DNA of 60,353 nt, counting the filler, from Basidiobolus ranarum (Eukaryota), in the NCBI GenBank assembly GCA_040143965.1. It is 5 parts of 5 records of this genome, joined end to end, with 100 filler letters (N's around TTAATTAATTAA, not from the genome) between each part and the next. Parts side by side here need not be neighbours in the genome. Positions count along the whole stretch, not along the records: positions 12,131 to 24,138 come from JASJQH010000573.1; positions 24,239 to 36,235 come from JASJQH010000574.1; 3 more parts are not named here. One strand, written 5' to 3'. The notes under the pieces were generated by a model that saw only the letters and a program-made list of their open reading frames with translations, did not search any database and was not told where the DNA came from. This document shows positions 12,224 through 25,345 of the stretch, in pieces. Position 1 is the stretch's first letter; the number at the start of each line of letters is the position of its first letter. A program made the translations under genes and the position numbers.

Positions 12224-13090
12224 GGGTATCCACCAGATAGCTGGAAGAATGTTGATTCAGCAACATTAATACAATGGTGGGCTTTGATGGAGATATTGAT
12301 ACAAACTCATGTTGGATATGAGCTAAGCCTTGGGTATGAAGAACTCTATAGAAATATTCAGGAGAATATATCAAAGAAACTAGGAATTCCAAAGGTGACA
12401 AATTAGTGTTCAAGTGGTAAATGTGTAAAATTTGAGTTACATCTTTTGCACATGCATTGATCCATAGTTTGCTGAGATTGTAGCCAATTATGTGCTACTA
12501 TTTTGCATGATCTTGAAATTTCACTCCTGAAACTGAAAAAATTGATTAAATCAAATCTAACTTGATGATTTTATGATGGTAAGTAAATGGTCAATCCTAA
12601 ATAGGTTAAATTGTGACAGTTTTCCTACAATAACAATCCTCAAATTTCTGTTAGGGGGTATCTACCACATAGCTGGAAGGATGTTGATTCAGCAATGTTA
12701 ATACAATGGTGGGCTCTGATGGAGATATTGCTGTAAACTTGTGTTGGATATGAGCTAAACCTTGGGTATGAAAAACTCTATAAAAATATTCTGGGGAATA
12801 TATCAAAGAAACTAGGGATTTCAAAGGTGACAAATTAGTGTTCAAGTGGTAAATTGGTAAAATTTGAGTTACATTTTTTGCACATGTGTTGATCCATAGT
12901 TCTCTAATATTATAGCCAATCATGTGCCTCTATTTTGTTGGATCTTGAAATTTCACTCCCAAAACTGATAAAATTGATTAAAATCAAATCTAACTTGACA
13001 ATTTTATGATGGTAAGTAAATGGTCAATCCAAAATGGATTAAAATGGTGATGATTTTTGTATAATAACAATCCTCAAATTTCTGTTAGGG
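12224..13090 (+). repeat. Tandem duplication of a ~432-nt unit containing the 3' end of a TE-like ORF and its downstream region
   Basis: Copies start gggtatccaccagatagctgg (12224) and gggtatctaccacatagctgg (12656), and both end aataacaatcctcaaatttctgttaggg. An open frame reads ...DIWEELNTEWHNIAGYPPDSWKNVDSATLIQWWALMEILIQ...KLGIPKVTN*. CpG-depleted. Confidence 0.85.
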
Positions 13091-13124
13091 TAGTTGAGCA
13101 ACAATCAACAGAGATGCCATCAAG

Positions 13125-13710
13125 TGTTAAAGTATTTGGGAGCCTTTTGGACATGGTTTGGAGAATTATAGAAATTGGTGGTTTTTATTTATGGATTTAT
13201 TGTTTTGAAAGTACATTTATGCTTTTGTCAAGATGTAAACAAGCTCACATGTAGAATGTATTAAAGATCCCAAGAACATGTTTGCAAAGCTTGAGGCTTC
13301 TAGCACAGGTTTGAAAAGTCCATATATCACAGAACTTCTAAGTAAATTCCTATATAGAATAATGGGTAATATCAGAGTAAAATATAGGATAACTAAATAC
13401 TAAGTGGTATATGACTTTATTGATGTCTAAGCAATGCTAATTTCAACAGAAGAGTAGGTGGTGTTTCACTCAATGATATATTGAGTATATATTGACATTT
13501 ATGCTTTTATCAGGGAGCAGACAATCAAACATGTAGAATGTGATTATGTATGTTCCAGGAACATTGAATATGGTTTGGAGACATCTGCACCAGTTTGAAA
13601 AATCACATATTCTGAGAACTTCTAAGTTAATAAAAATATTAAATAATAACAGCAAAATTTAGTTAGCTAGCTATGACTTTATAGATACGTAAGATATGTC
13701 ATTTTCAACA
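13125..13710 (-). mobile_element. Two adjacent copia-family LTR relics (13125-13448 complete; 13449-13710 partial)
   Basis: On the minus strand they begin TGTTGAAATTAGCATT (13448) and TGTTGAAAATGAC (13710). The first ends ...ggctcccaaatactttAACA (13125). Its reverse complement aligns with 36336-36457 and 37324-37663. Confidence 0.75.
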
Positions 13711-14449
13711 ATATCTGCATTTACATCAGAACTCTGACTTAGAGTTAAGTTCCTAAATATTCATTCATTACAGTGGGCATATTTAGTGCTCATTTATTGA
13801 ATATCTCCTAAAATTGAAGCATTTATATTTAAATGATTGCAAACATCTACAACACCGTTAGTAGTGAGTAACCTTGTTTACATAATACAGAAGGCTATGT
13901 ATGTGATGTTTTTAATGCACTTCAATGCATGTCAGTAGATCTTGGTGAGGCCGATATGTTCCGAAATATAGATCGCCACTCCCAAGGGCGATGAGTGAGA
14001 TTTCTCTATCACTACATGAAACTGTTTCAAGATATTGCGTAGTATACAATATATGATGAAAAGAATTCGTGAGCACACTTTGGCTATGGTGAAAGATCAA
14101 GTTAATACTCATAATATAACAATCATGTATAATTTTACTTCAATAACTCTTTATTGGATTAAATACCAATGCGAACAAATGATAAGGGACTCAGGTCCAA
14201 AAGAGGGGGTACCATGCCCCATTTGTAATATGAAACTGAAACCTCGAACAGCATTGGCCGATTTATTGATTTGTATCGAAGCTATTTCATATTGGTGTTT
14301 TTTGATTTTTCTGGCACAATGGCATCAACAATTCACGGGAAACACTGTCTTAAATACGTTCGGATCTAAACGGGTAGGGTTGAGTGTAAATTAGTCCGAT
14401 GGTTCATGTAAATTTCACAGCAAGCACGCAATTATAACATAATTCAGCC

Positions 14450-15339
14450 TCATAGGATACTTGATGAACAACCCTTTGGAAGAGTAGCACTGGGTGAGTT
14501 TGTCTTGTAGACTGCGCAAATATCACGAACAAAGTCGTCTACTTCGTGTCCTCCATCACACTCTTTCCAGGTAGAATCATGAACGCAACGAACTTGCTGA
14601 TTAATTATCATAGTACATGAAGTGCTAAAGATTGAAGCAAGGTTAATAAATAGCCAAATAATCAACGCGTCCAAGAGCATACCTAACTGCGAGCTTTTTG
14701 GATTCCGTAAAGGATTGGTTGAGCAAGCGTGTACCATAGGAACCGTCGGTACATTCACGCAGTCTCTTGTAAGACATGTCCTTTTTCAGGGCACAGTATT
14801 CCAAGCTTTCGTCGGAGCCAATCTCTTGATATTCCTCATTTTGGCATTGAATGAATCGGTACCAGACAGAAGGGGTTTGATGCCAGCGGTATAGAGCTTT
14901 AGCACAGAGTTGCATTTTATTACCACGGCACTAAGATCAATATTTTACCACGTTAGACGCTGTTTTAAAGAAAGGCTTAAGATATAGAGAACTACCTCTT
15001 GCTCGCCATGTTTACAAACGAGGTTTCCTTCTTTCTCTTCCCCGATGTAGTGAATGTTCAAGTTGATGATACCGCCAACTTTATCTAAAACTTGCCCAAA
15101 TACTTCCTCACAACGTACAGCATCTGAAGAGCAAGCTTCAATAATAAAGACCTTTAATGTTGCGGAAATACAAATAGCTTACCTGGACATTTGGACATAA
15201 CATAAAGGTCAACAGGGACACTTGAAGGGTAAAATGTCTGGACGCCAAAAGGAGACTGCTTGAGTCCACTACCCTGGGCTATCTGAGCAGCAAGAGTGGC
15301 AAGAAGGGTGCTTTGGATGAAAGTGGAAAATGAACGCAT
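14450..15339 (-). CDS. GILT-like (gamma-interferon-inducible lysosomal thiol reductase family) secreted protein, spliced
   Basis: Signal peptide MRSFSTFIQSTLLATLAAQIAQG. VDLYVMSKCPDAVRC is followed by the spliced GILT signature CKHGEQECRGNKMQLC. The C-terminus reads RCVHDSTWKECDGGHEVDDFVRDIC. Confidence 0.88.
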
Positions 15340-17542
15340 AATATGTGTGTTTGAGATTAAGAGATGTGGCAAGTACGATATTCGAATTTCGTCTGGTAAG
15401 TGGTATTTGAAGCACTCTCCGATGATGTGACCGGTACTGTCAGCCAATCAGGAGGTGGTGGTTCAAATACCCTTTTTCTTGAAACAAATGATTTTCATTT
15501 TTGTCGCACCGCAAGTCATTGTGGAATATCGATCAAGCATTGTTCACATCGCTACATAACCTTTTTATTCTCTAGGAACATGTTTGGAGTATGTTTAACA
15601 GGAAATGGCGCAATGCTTAAATAATCTTTTTGATAAGAAATCGCTTATACCGGGTAAGGTGTGGGCCTGCCGCCATTTTTCGACGGCCCTTATTCTCCTC
15701 CAACCTTGACTAATTGGTAAGAGAATGTAGTTGGCGACAATACGTGGACTTGGCTTTAGGAATCCAGGTCTCAAATTACAAGACATTGGTTTAAGACCAC
15801 TAACCGTTGTCTAGAAATCTGAATAGCACATATTCTATTTGCACTCTTTGCGCATCACAAACCATCAACCTAACCTGATAGTAGCAAGAAACATGTTTTT
15901 GCTGTTTCTTCTACACTGAATAGGATCCTATTATGCGTCTGGTTCACGAGCCTTGGTGTGTTTATGGAATACGTGACCAATTGTCTCACAATTCTCCTTG
16001 GAAACCTTCCTCTCTGCTAATGGTCAGGAAATGGCACAAACGGGCTGTATCAACGAAAATGGAAAACGATTGTTACTAGACACTATTTAAGATGTCCATT
16101 ATGCTTGTGGTAATCACCATTTACCCAAAATTCCCTGCCCCGTTAGCGAAGCCCTAACACTAGGGTGGATTTGAGGCCTGACTGACATCCCACAGTATTC
16201 ACTCAAATGAATGTTTCCAATTACTAGATGTGGAAACTCTGAACCAGTGGCGTCAGGCGACTTAGAGGTGTCGAGAGGGGACAAATATATATTCGGGAGA
16301 CACCATGCTTGTTTGCTTCAGATCAGAAACCTTAACTCGCAGTCGTGAGCTGTAAGATCATCGCGATCGTCTCTGGAAATGAAGATTCCCATCAAAACAC
16401 CACAAATTAGCATTGGGTCAAGTCATATGGGCGAGCATTGTCTAAGCGAATTAGTTACTGGCACCCATTGTATTCTCCCATTATTTCATTTCCATTAGAT
16501 CCCCTTCGAATCATGCCCAGTCACTTACCCATTGAGCTCTGATAAGAGAAATCCAATGTTTTGTCCTTTCTTACTAAACGCAAGATTGATGCAAGTGCTT
16601 GCAAGGTGTTGAATCGCTTCCCGGAGGTCGATATGAGCCCATCTTATTGACAAAGGTACTATTGAGCCCGTGCCAACAATACACCCCAGCTTTGCCTTGA
16701 TTGCTCGTACAGCAATGGGTGTTCTTGTTTCTGGGTGACACACTGTTGAGTAATTGTGTCTAGTCTTGGGGTCAGATAATTCTTCTGACACAAGCCCCTT
16801 AAATGAGGGATAGCATCTGACTGCGAAAAGCTAGAATGAGAGTATTATTTAGATGAGTAAGGAGTTGGCCACATCATACAAAGCCTTGAGCACTTTTCTG
16901 AGCATCATCTAGATTTCAGAAACTAGCAAATATAATCAGATTCACGATAATCATGGATTTCCATATGAGACGAGCGAATTCAGCTAGTATATTCCTTCGA
17001 TCTCCTATAGGTAAATACATCGACCGATGAGGGTGTGACTAGATTTAGTGAGGATACAGTTCACCCAGCCGTTAAACATACTTTTCCTTATTCTCTGGTT
17101 TTGGCTGCGATAGACTCCGTTGGTCCGTATGCTCCAAGCCAAGATTTACTAAAAAGAACCGAACTAACGGTTCGGGCTCTACACACTTCTGCATAGAATG
17201 AAATTCGGTTAATTATAACCCCCTTTTCAACCTGATAATTTGGTCCAGTCAGCAATATTTCTACTTAAGCACATGGAGTATTTCCGAGTTCCGTATAATA
17301 TACATTCATCGCTTGGGCGCAGTTACACTGTGTTCACCATACTAGATCTGCTAGCAATAGTTCTTGAATACTAATAACTAAGATCTCTATCCATCCACAT
17401 ACTTGATAATTTACTCTACTTGCATTGATTTTTTTTCGAATTAGACAAATATCCACATTCGGCTCAGAATACCCCTCACCAGCCTTGACGAGCTCTTGGT
17501 CCAAAATACTTAATTCAAATCACCCCTTTAGCACTTTCCACC

Positions 17543-18677
17543 ATGAATATGAATCGAACACCAATCGTTGAAATACGACTGTCCAATGAATGTACTATTT
17601 TCCACGGCTCAGCAAACGAATCTGCCGGTGCCGTATTACGCGGATCCTTATGTCTACTCCTTCCCGAGTCACTTAAAGTTAAGAGTATTTCATTGCGATT
17701 AGAGGGGAAGATGAAAGTCTCTTGGGACGATGGTGAATATTTTAGCTTTCCTTATCCTTATGTTTAGTTTCCCTAACATCTGCTCTTTAATAGTGCCGGG
17801 AGTCAAAGCTAGCACTAGAAATGAAACTCGTAACCTAATAGCTTACACTTGGGCTTTCATCGAAGCGCATAAAAAACCATTAACGCTACGTAAAGGCGAG
17901 CATACATATCCCTTTGAAATTGCACTCAGTGGAAATCTTCCTGAAACCATTCATACCGATTTTGGAACTGTCGAATATAAGCTAAAAGCGACCATCGATC
18001 GACCTACTTTTTGTACAAACTATACTGTAGAAAAGGATGTTGTGATCAAACGTTTCGCTTTACCCTCTTCAACTGAACTCATTCAAGCTGTAAACATTGC
18101 TGAGGTTTGGAACGATAAATTAGCCTATGAGGTTCACATACCTTCCAAAGCCTTTGGTTTAAAAGAAAAAATACCCATTCGGTTTAATATATTGCTACTA
18201 TCTGAGGACATTAGCCTACGAAAGGTATCATGTTTATTGAAAGAATATATTACTTATAGAGTAGCCGGAGGTGGACGTTGCAAACTTCAGACACGTTGGG
18301 TCAATAGGCTTTCGAACATGGATTTTCCCAAAAACCAAAGTAGTTGGGAGAAGAGTCTAAGTCTTGATGTTCCTTTCTCTAGCGATGTTATTCAATGCGA
18401 TTGTATAACTGAACTCATACATGTTCGACATAAGTTAAAGGTAAAGATTGAGTTCCGTATCTCCCCTGGTGTAGTAAAAGCAGTCTATGTCGGTATTCCC
18501 GTTGTGATTATTTCGGGATCTAGTCAAGAGACTTTTATGGACTTACCACCATATCGAGCCCTTGAAAGGTGTATATCGATTACCTCTTTACCTCCCTCAT
18601 ATGAGACGATGTTTGATAGCTATACTCCGACGTATGAAGAGGTTGCTGGACACTCTCTGTCACCTACACTATCGTGA
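17543..18677 (+). CDS. Alpha-arrestin (ART/Rod1-like adaptor), intron 17733-17793
   Basis: Arrestin_N motifs GAVLRGSLCL, GEHTYPFEIALSGNLPET and GTVEYKLKATIDRP. Arrestin_C motif IHVRHKLKVKIEF. C-terminal PY motifs LPPY and PPSY. Confidence 0.92.
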
Positions 18678-20767
18678 TACCCTTTCGTATATCTATGTTT
18701 AATTTCTTTTACTCCACTCATACTTAATCTACTACTACTTCCATATGCCAATTCCATCTGAATTATCAGGGCACGCATTTTGAACACAATTTCTTTTGTT
18801 TCTCTGCCAACACTAGTCACCTTATTCCCTTCAACTTTCAGGGTTTAAATTGTGAATTAGATATGATCATATAGACCAAACACCAGATTTCACTTTCTTC
18901 TAATTCGATGTTGTCTGCTTAGGCCATGTAACACTCCAACCCCCCCCACAACTCGTCAAGGAATAGTACAACCCTAGAGACAAGCCATTTCCAATGTCTA
19001 CTTCCCATTAGTTAGTGCTCATGGATACGTGTACTGAGATTCCAGCAACGTATTGGTTGTATTTTATCTGAGAAAACAAAATATAGGCATTTTCCTTTGG
19101 GAGTATAAATGATATGCATAAGTAGTATCGTATATGAAAGTTAGCCTCTCATTGGCTTCTTTAAGGAGAAGTAATTCATGATACCAATTTTGTAGCATAA
19201 CAATATAAGATTGGCAATTGTAAGGAGCCTCTAAACATTGAATGTGAAACAGATACTCAATTGAACAATCAATACCATTGAAATAAACATTAAACATCAA
19301 GGATGGATCAGAGTACCTTGGGTGTAGTCTACGCATTTTGGTAGTGTTATGCAAATGTAGGATGATTCAATGTATTTCTTTTAGCAGCACGACTCCTGTA
19401 GTTGATATATTCTGGCATTGTTTAATGAATATGAAACCTATCTCTTTTTATTAAAAGTCAATTCATTTATAATCATCACAAACTTGGGGAAAGCCGCCTC
19501 TCGTGCAGTCAGTACTTGTAGTACCAGTAGGAAAAGTTTCCATTGTATGTTCACTTTAGCAAGTTCAGCTCGCAAGTGTTTACATTACACACTTCAGACC
19601 CCATGATGTCAACTAATTCCCCCCTCACTCTATACAGTATGGGGCATCATGGTATTGCTGTAGAGAAGATAATGAATTGGTGCGAGCTCACTGTAACTCA
19701 ATGCGCAAGGCGAAATCTATATCCATGAACCCTTGGTAGTTCGATTCATGGGGCTATACATAGAGTGTATATAATCTTATTATCTGATAACACTGAAGAA
19801 ACATAGAAATATATGAATAAAAGCGAGTTGTAAATGCGTTTTCAACCCATCAACCAAAAACCATACATCTCTGGTTAAATCCAAGATTCTTATGGTTAGA
19901 GTGAACATAAACACATAAGAGCATCCATGGTATCTTCTCTATTGCACTTTCCCTTCAAGGATCGTTTCTCAAGGCAGAAAGTAAGCAAGAATGTCATGAG
20001 AGATTTGTTTCCAACACTATCTCAAGATATTTACTTCACCCCCGTCTACTTGGACTATGTATTCAGTTGAAATTTGAATAGGAGAATAATTGAATGTGCA
20101 TAAATTTTGGTTCCAGGTGATTTTCAACTTGAACGAAGGCCAATGTTGGTGAAGTCAGGGTTCGTTCGACCACAGATATCATAAATATGATCAACACCCT
20201 ACTGTCAAACATGCAGATCAATTGAACATGTAAAGTGAAAGAAGGGATTCCTTGCATCTATTTTGCATATGTAGTATGAATAGATCTACCGAAAAGAAAA
20301 GAATTACTCGACGCAGATAAGGGCCTTTTCATGCTTCAACATATGCAAGTTACATTTCCCTATTATTCTCTGGAAATTGAGGAGTAGAATAGATGGTAGT
20401 GCATCAATCAACTCGTTGTTATTTACTCCGCTGTATCTTTTGCATATTTATCCCCAAAATGCCTCAACTGATGTGGATATGAGTACACATATATTCAAGT
20501 GTGTGTGGCCTTCGCTCTTCTATCAAGTATACTCGTTCGTGCTTCCGAGTTGAAGTTTTAATATCTCTTGGATCCACTTCTGTTCATATTCGGTCTCTAA
20601 CTTATCAGGAACTCTTCATACTTCACGGGCCATCTTCACACCACAACAGTATAACAGGAAGTGCACCATATTAAGTAGATTCCTGGATTCCAACCGGTCT
20701 ATGCCCCGTTTTGTTTCTTCTTTATACGCCATATTGAGAGTCAACATCCACTATCTCTGTTAAGGGT

Positions 20768-21591
20768 ATGAGAGGAATTAGTAAGTCCAAAATGATGAAA
20801 TCTTTCAAGAAAGATACAGGCAGATCCTACGACTGGGATTCCGAAATCAAAGTAAATAAGGAGCATATCGTATTTGGTTTGGACTCGAATAAAGCTACAC
20901 CGATCTCAGTGGAAACAAATAAAGGATTTAAAAACAAACTAACTAAATTCTTCACTTTGAAAGTTATTCTTGTAATAGCGGTGTTGGGATTGATTGTTCT
21001 GGCGAGTAGTTTGGCTGGCTTCTTTTACTGGCCACGTACTCCACATGGCGATATATCCTGGAAGACTGAGGGAAATCTAGCAAACTGGAAAGTGGAGCCA
21101 AACAAGAGCCCTGCTTTGGAATTACCTATGACATTAAGTGCTACAATATTTAACCCAAACTATTTCTCCATCTTAAGTGATAAAATACTTATTCAAGTAA
21201 GTCCTGACTCGCCCTCTTTGACTGGAAGAAACCAAGTTGACCTTTTTTCCCTTAATAGACAACCGTTGGTTCATCTTCACACGTATTCAAATTTACCTAC
21301 GGTGAAAGGTTCACTTTTTCACCACAACAAAACGTAGCAAAAACCTTTCAATTTCCTTGGTTGTTGGATCTCAGTGGTGGTTCAAGTGAAATCATTGGAC
21401 AAATTATTCGGGATTGTAAAGAAAATGGTTCGATCACGGTGAATACCTCGTCCACTTTAACTCTAGCCATTTTATATCGGAAGTACGATTTGACCTCAGC
21501 TCCTTTAACACAAACCATACGTTGTGTATCAATCACGAGCCGCATTGATGAGGCGATCAAAAATACTGATAATATTACCGTCTCTATTTGA
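20768..21591 (+). CDS. Single-pass membrane protein with LEA_2/WHy-like domain, one intron (~21198-21259)
   Basis: Hydrophobic segment VILVIAVLGLIVLASSLAGFFYWPR is followed by ATIFNPNYFSI (NPN motif typical of LEA_2). A GTAAGT...AATAG intron joins it in frame to the 21361-21591 ORF. Confidence 0.7.
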
Positions 21592-22548
21592 TTAGTTCTT
21601 CACTGGTCAACTTGTGTACATAACATTTCAACAATCCCCTAGAATTTTTTAAAGAATACAGGGATTCCTAGACTTAAAAGATGTTTATCAATTTGGGAAC
21701 CTTATCGAAGTGAATAGAAATTTATGATAGTCGTATCATGAACACCTACTTGTTAGTAAACAATTCAACCAAAGATTATAAGTCAATATCCAACTTCACT
21801 AGAATTCGTTGATGTAAATTAAAACTTGGGAAAGTTGTCAACGATACACAGACTGAACCTCTTATACCCATTCCACTTGAAAGATTTTATCTGATATAGA
21901 TATAAAGTATTGAAAACCAAACGCGTCTTGTAAGAACACAGCTGAGAGCTCACTCTACGGACTATTGAAATTTTCTTATAACTATTTGATAATTTTCATG
22001 GCCTTTGAGTGTTATACTATCAGTTGCATCTTAAAACCAATATTCCCTAGATTGATGCTTGACGATTTTCCTAATCTGTTATGAAGAATCGTCAAGCTCT
22101 CTATAATTGATGACTATGTAGACACGTAAAAGGAAGTGACACCTCTATAAGTAAAATCATCCTATAGGATAAGCACATTGACTAGATCCAAACCATGATA
22201 TCATTAGATCCTATGACCCCATTCTCTTGAGGGTGGAGATGAATCAACAGAAGACCAGTCACGTTGAAGAAAACTTCACTAGATTTAATAGATTTGACTA
22301 ATTGGATAATTCAAAATTCGGAATATGCCAAGTATCAATCACATATCCATACCAGCAAGTAATTTCCAATTTATGGTGACATCATAAGCATGTCCAAAGT
22401 ATACTTTAAACCAAATAATTAATATAAATATATTCCCGGTCAGTCAGAATAATGAGGTGTATCACGGTAAAATTCCACCACACATCCACGTAATTTCATA
22501 AAACGTGAAGTATAACTATCTTGTTCCCTTCATAACTCTACTTTAGAA

Positions 22549-23019
22549 ATGGTCTCCTCTGGTAAAAGTTTAAAAGATTCTATCATTATCACTCACGCGA
22601 ATGCCCCTCGTGGCAGTGGGATTCCGCAACATTGGGCTGAGGAAAACGAAAGGAACTCCTCCACAGCATCTCGAGAACATTCTAATAGTGAACTAGATTC
22701 AAAAAGAGATGTTTCTCTCCATTCACAGGAAGAACCTAAAAATCACACAGAGAAAGAGCCAAACGAAACTTTGAAAAAACGTAGTATACAGGATTCTATA
22801 TTTATTAGTCATGCTAATGCTCCAGAAGGAAGTGGCATACCTAAGCACTGGCCCACGGAGGAGGAGCATCAAGAGCCCTCAAAAGAACAAGACGAGGACC
22901 CAGGCAAGGAAGCAGCAGTCGATTCACCACCTAGAAGAAGCATAAAAGATTCGTTTATTATTACTCATGCTAATGCACCTCACGGCAGCGGAATCCCACG
23001 TCACTGGCCGGATGAGTAA
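22549..23019 (+). CDS. Small hydrophilic protein (156 aa) with three copies of a ~23-aa motif
   Basis: SLKDSIIITHANAPRGSGIPQHW / SIQDSIFISHANAPEGSGIPKHW / SIKDSFIITHANAPHGSGIPRHW. The copies differ mostly at synonymous positions, which indicates protein-level selection. Confidence 0.85.
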   Translation: MVSSGKSLKDSIIITHANAPRGSGIPQHWAEENERNSSTASREHSNSELDSKRDVSLHSQEEPKNHTEKEPNETLKKRSIQDSIFISHANAPEGSGIPKHWPTEEEHQEPSKEQDEDPGKEAAVDSPPRRSIKDSFIITHANAPHGSGIPRHWPDE

Positions 23020-23632
23020 AAGTCATACTTGGTAAGTCATATATATATGCATATTAAATCCCAACATCTTTGATTCAAATTGGTTTTCAAATAGGAAATA
23101 TTGGTGTGCAGGACCGAATAGTCTGACAGATCTGAATTGATTGCTTAGATCTGTAAATAGTTAACATATGCTCTGTAAAATTTTTTATGGAACTTTCAAG
23201 TTCAATTTACATATCTAGAATAAACCATTACTTTATCTAGAAAAAAAGATGCATCAACTACATTTGTACCATATTGTAGCTCTGGCACAGTTCGTGGACT
23301 CTACTGGAGCCATTGCTCAGCTCTATCACATGCCTATATTCCACACACATTGACCTCGCAAATATGCATCATTATTAGTCGATATTAAATAAATATCCCA
23401 TTATTCACTCAACCTTTCAAAGGCAAGGTATAAATGAACCAACAAAATTACAAGTAGTACTTCAATTGGGTTTCGACTAAATCATAAAGCTAGAGTAGCA
23501 TTAAGATTGAAGATGTTCGTTTTTATTGGTTATTTTATACAATGCTAAAATGGTCCGTCATTTTCACACTATAATGTTGGAAAATTGAAATAAATAGGGA
23601 TATTAATGGATTCGTTGCAAATTATAGTCTTC

Positions 23633-24138
23633 CTAACATTCGATGTTATCGTACTTTCTAAATAACCAGTAAAAGATAATGGTCATGACACCCATAAGAC
23701 CGGTTTGGATACCAAACACATACACGAAATGGGGATCGTTACTCCAGATGGCTAGGATTAAACCGATCAAACTACCACCGCAATTGGTGAACAAGAACAA
23801 CGCAGTGACAACTGATTTGAGCTCTGGGGCTGCTTGACGGAATGCAAATTCAAGTCCAGTAACCGAAGCGAAGATCTCGGAAATAGCAATACCAATGAAT
23901 GGAATAATTTGCCACCAGATCGAGATGTTGTTGACGGGGTCTTCACCTGCGGGGAGATTGCTCAAGTCAGTAAAGTCATAGTAAGGTCCAGTGCGGTAGA
24001 CTTGCTTCTGATGTATGTTTACGTACACGATAGTCAAGGTTGCAATGGTAAATCCAATGTTAATAGGGGTTATAGGACCGAGTCGGCAACCCATTCTTCT
24101 GAGTATGGGGAAGACGACAGTATCGAAAATAGGGATGG
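23633..24138 (-). CDS. PTR2: POT/PTR2-family peptide transporter, 3' part (truncated by contig end)
   Basis: ISIWWQIIPFIGIAISEIFASVTGLEFAFRQAAPELKSVVTALFLFT is the conserved POT C-terminal segment. Confidence 0.9.
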
Positions 24139-24238
24139 NNNNNNNNNNNNNNNNNNNNNNNNNNNNNNNNNNNNNNNNNNNNTTAATTAATTAANNNNNN
24201 NNNNNNNNNNNNNNNNNNNNNNNNNNNNNNNNNNNNNN
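24139..24238. other. Artificial contig spacer
   Basis: Same N/TTAATTAATTAA/N 100-nt linker. Confidence 0.98.
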
Positions 24239-25345
24239 TTCCGGTGAAAGACCTGCACTTTTAGGTAGACATGCACTAAATTCTGGGAGTAGATCTTGGG
24301 GGATGATAGGGTCGGGAACTAGTTAACAAAATATTATTTTCAGTGATTGTTTTTGAAGACACTATGAGAATTTCTCAATTACGTTCGCGAAGGTACATTT
24401 TCAACAGAGTTGCAGCAGCATTAGGGTCTTCATGGCTATCCAATAAGTCCATATCGTTACCTATAAGTTATAATAAGAATCAACTCTCTCACAATCCCAA
24501 ATATGGATAGAAATTACCTTCATCAAAGATAGCTTTAAGGCGAGTGACAGCACTAGTACTCCCAGGTACTCTATACAAACCAACCTCATTTAAACCTACA
24601 GGATGCTAGAATTAGTACACTTCTTATATTTAGCTATATTGAATTCCTACCATTGCAATCTAAATACTCAATACACCTAATAACAACTGCTGGCACTGGG
24701 CAATTATCGTCTATCTTTGAACGCTCCACTGCGTCCTCTAAAGGCTGTCCAAAAATCGGGCCTTCGCTTAAACGTCTACCAGCCACTCCACCACGTAGGT
24801 CCTCTAAAACGGGAAAAAAAGAGTAATTCATCACTATTTTTTAGTTTTTTTTTTCAAGAGAAATTGTTATAGTTAAAAGAAAGGATTATAATACCATGAG
24901 AGTTTCGTGATTTCCACTTTTCCAAAGCATCTCTACCAAATTTGGTCCATTCCGTACCTTTCTCATATGCTTTATCCTTGAAATCAAATCCTTTTGATTT
25001 GGCAACGTTGGCCATAGCTGAAGTTCTTTGAGCTAAGTTAATCTCTACCAATTTAGAACGTTGTTCGCGTGCTATATTTTGAATTTTACTCAACGCTGAA
25101 GAACCATCTACGTCTGTCACTTGTTCAGGGTTAATGATTGAGCGTGATGGTAACGGTGGTGGGGTAGAAGAGTATGAAGTATCCATATCAGAGGAAGTTG
25201 TGAGAGTGGTTTGAGAGTGCATCTTTATCGTTTTAGCTGATGCAATAATAGGACTTACACTAACAATAGGGGAGCAACGAGTACTACTGGAGGAACTTGG
25301 GCGAGGTGGTAAATCAAAGGGTAAATAAGGGGATGGTCTCGACAT
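24239..25345 (-). CDS. RhoGAP-domain protein, 5' part (truncated by contig end), spliced
   Basis: Ser/Pro-rich N-terminus, then IFGQPLEDAV...VPAVVIRCIEYLD..GLNEVGLYRVPGS (arginine finger)...DPNAAATLLKMYLRE..PDPIIP. Confidence 0.9.

Noticed and set aside
19720-19756. gttcgattc motif suggestive of a tRNA T-loop
   Set aside because: No cloverleaf can be folded around it.
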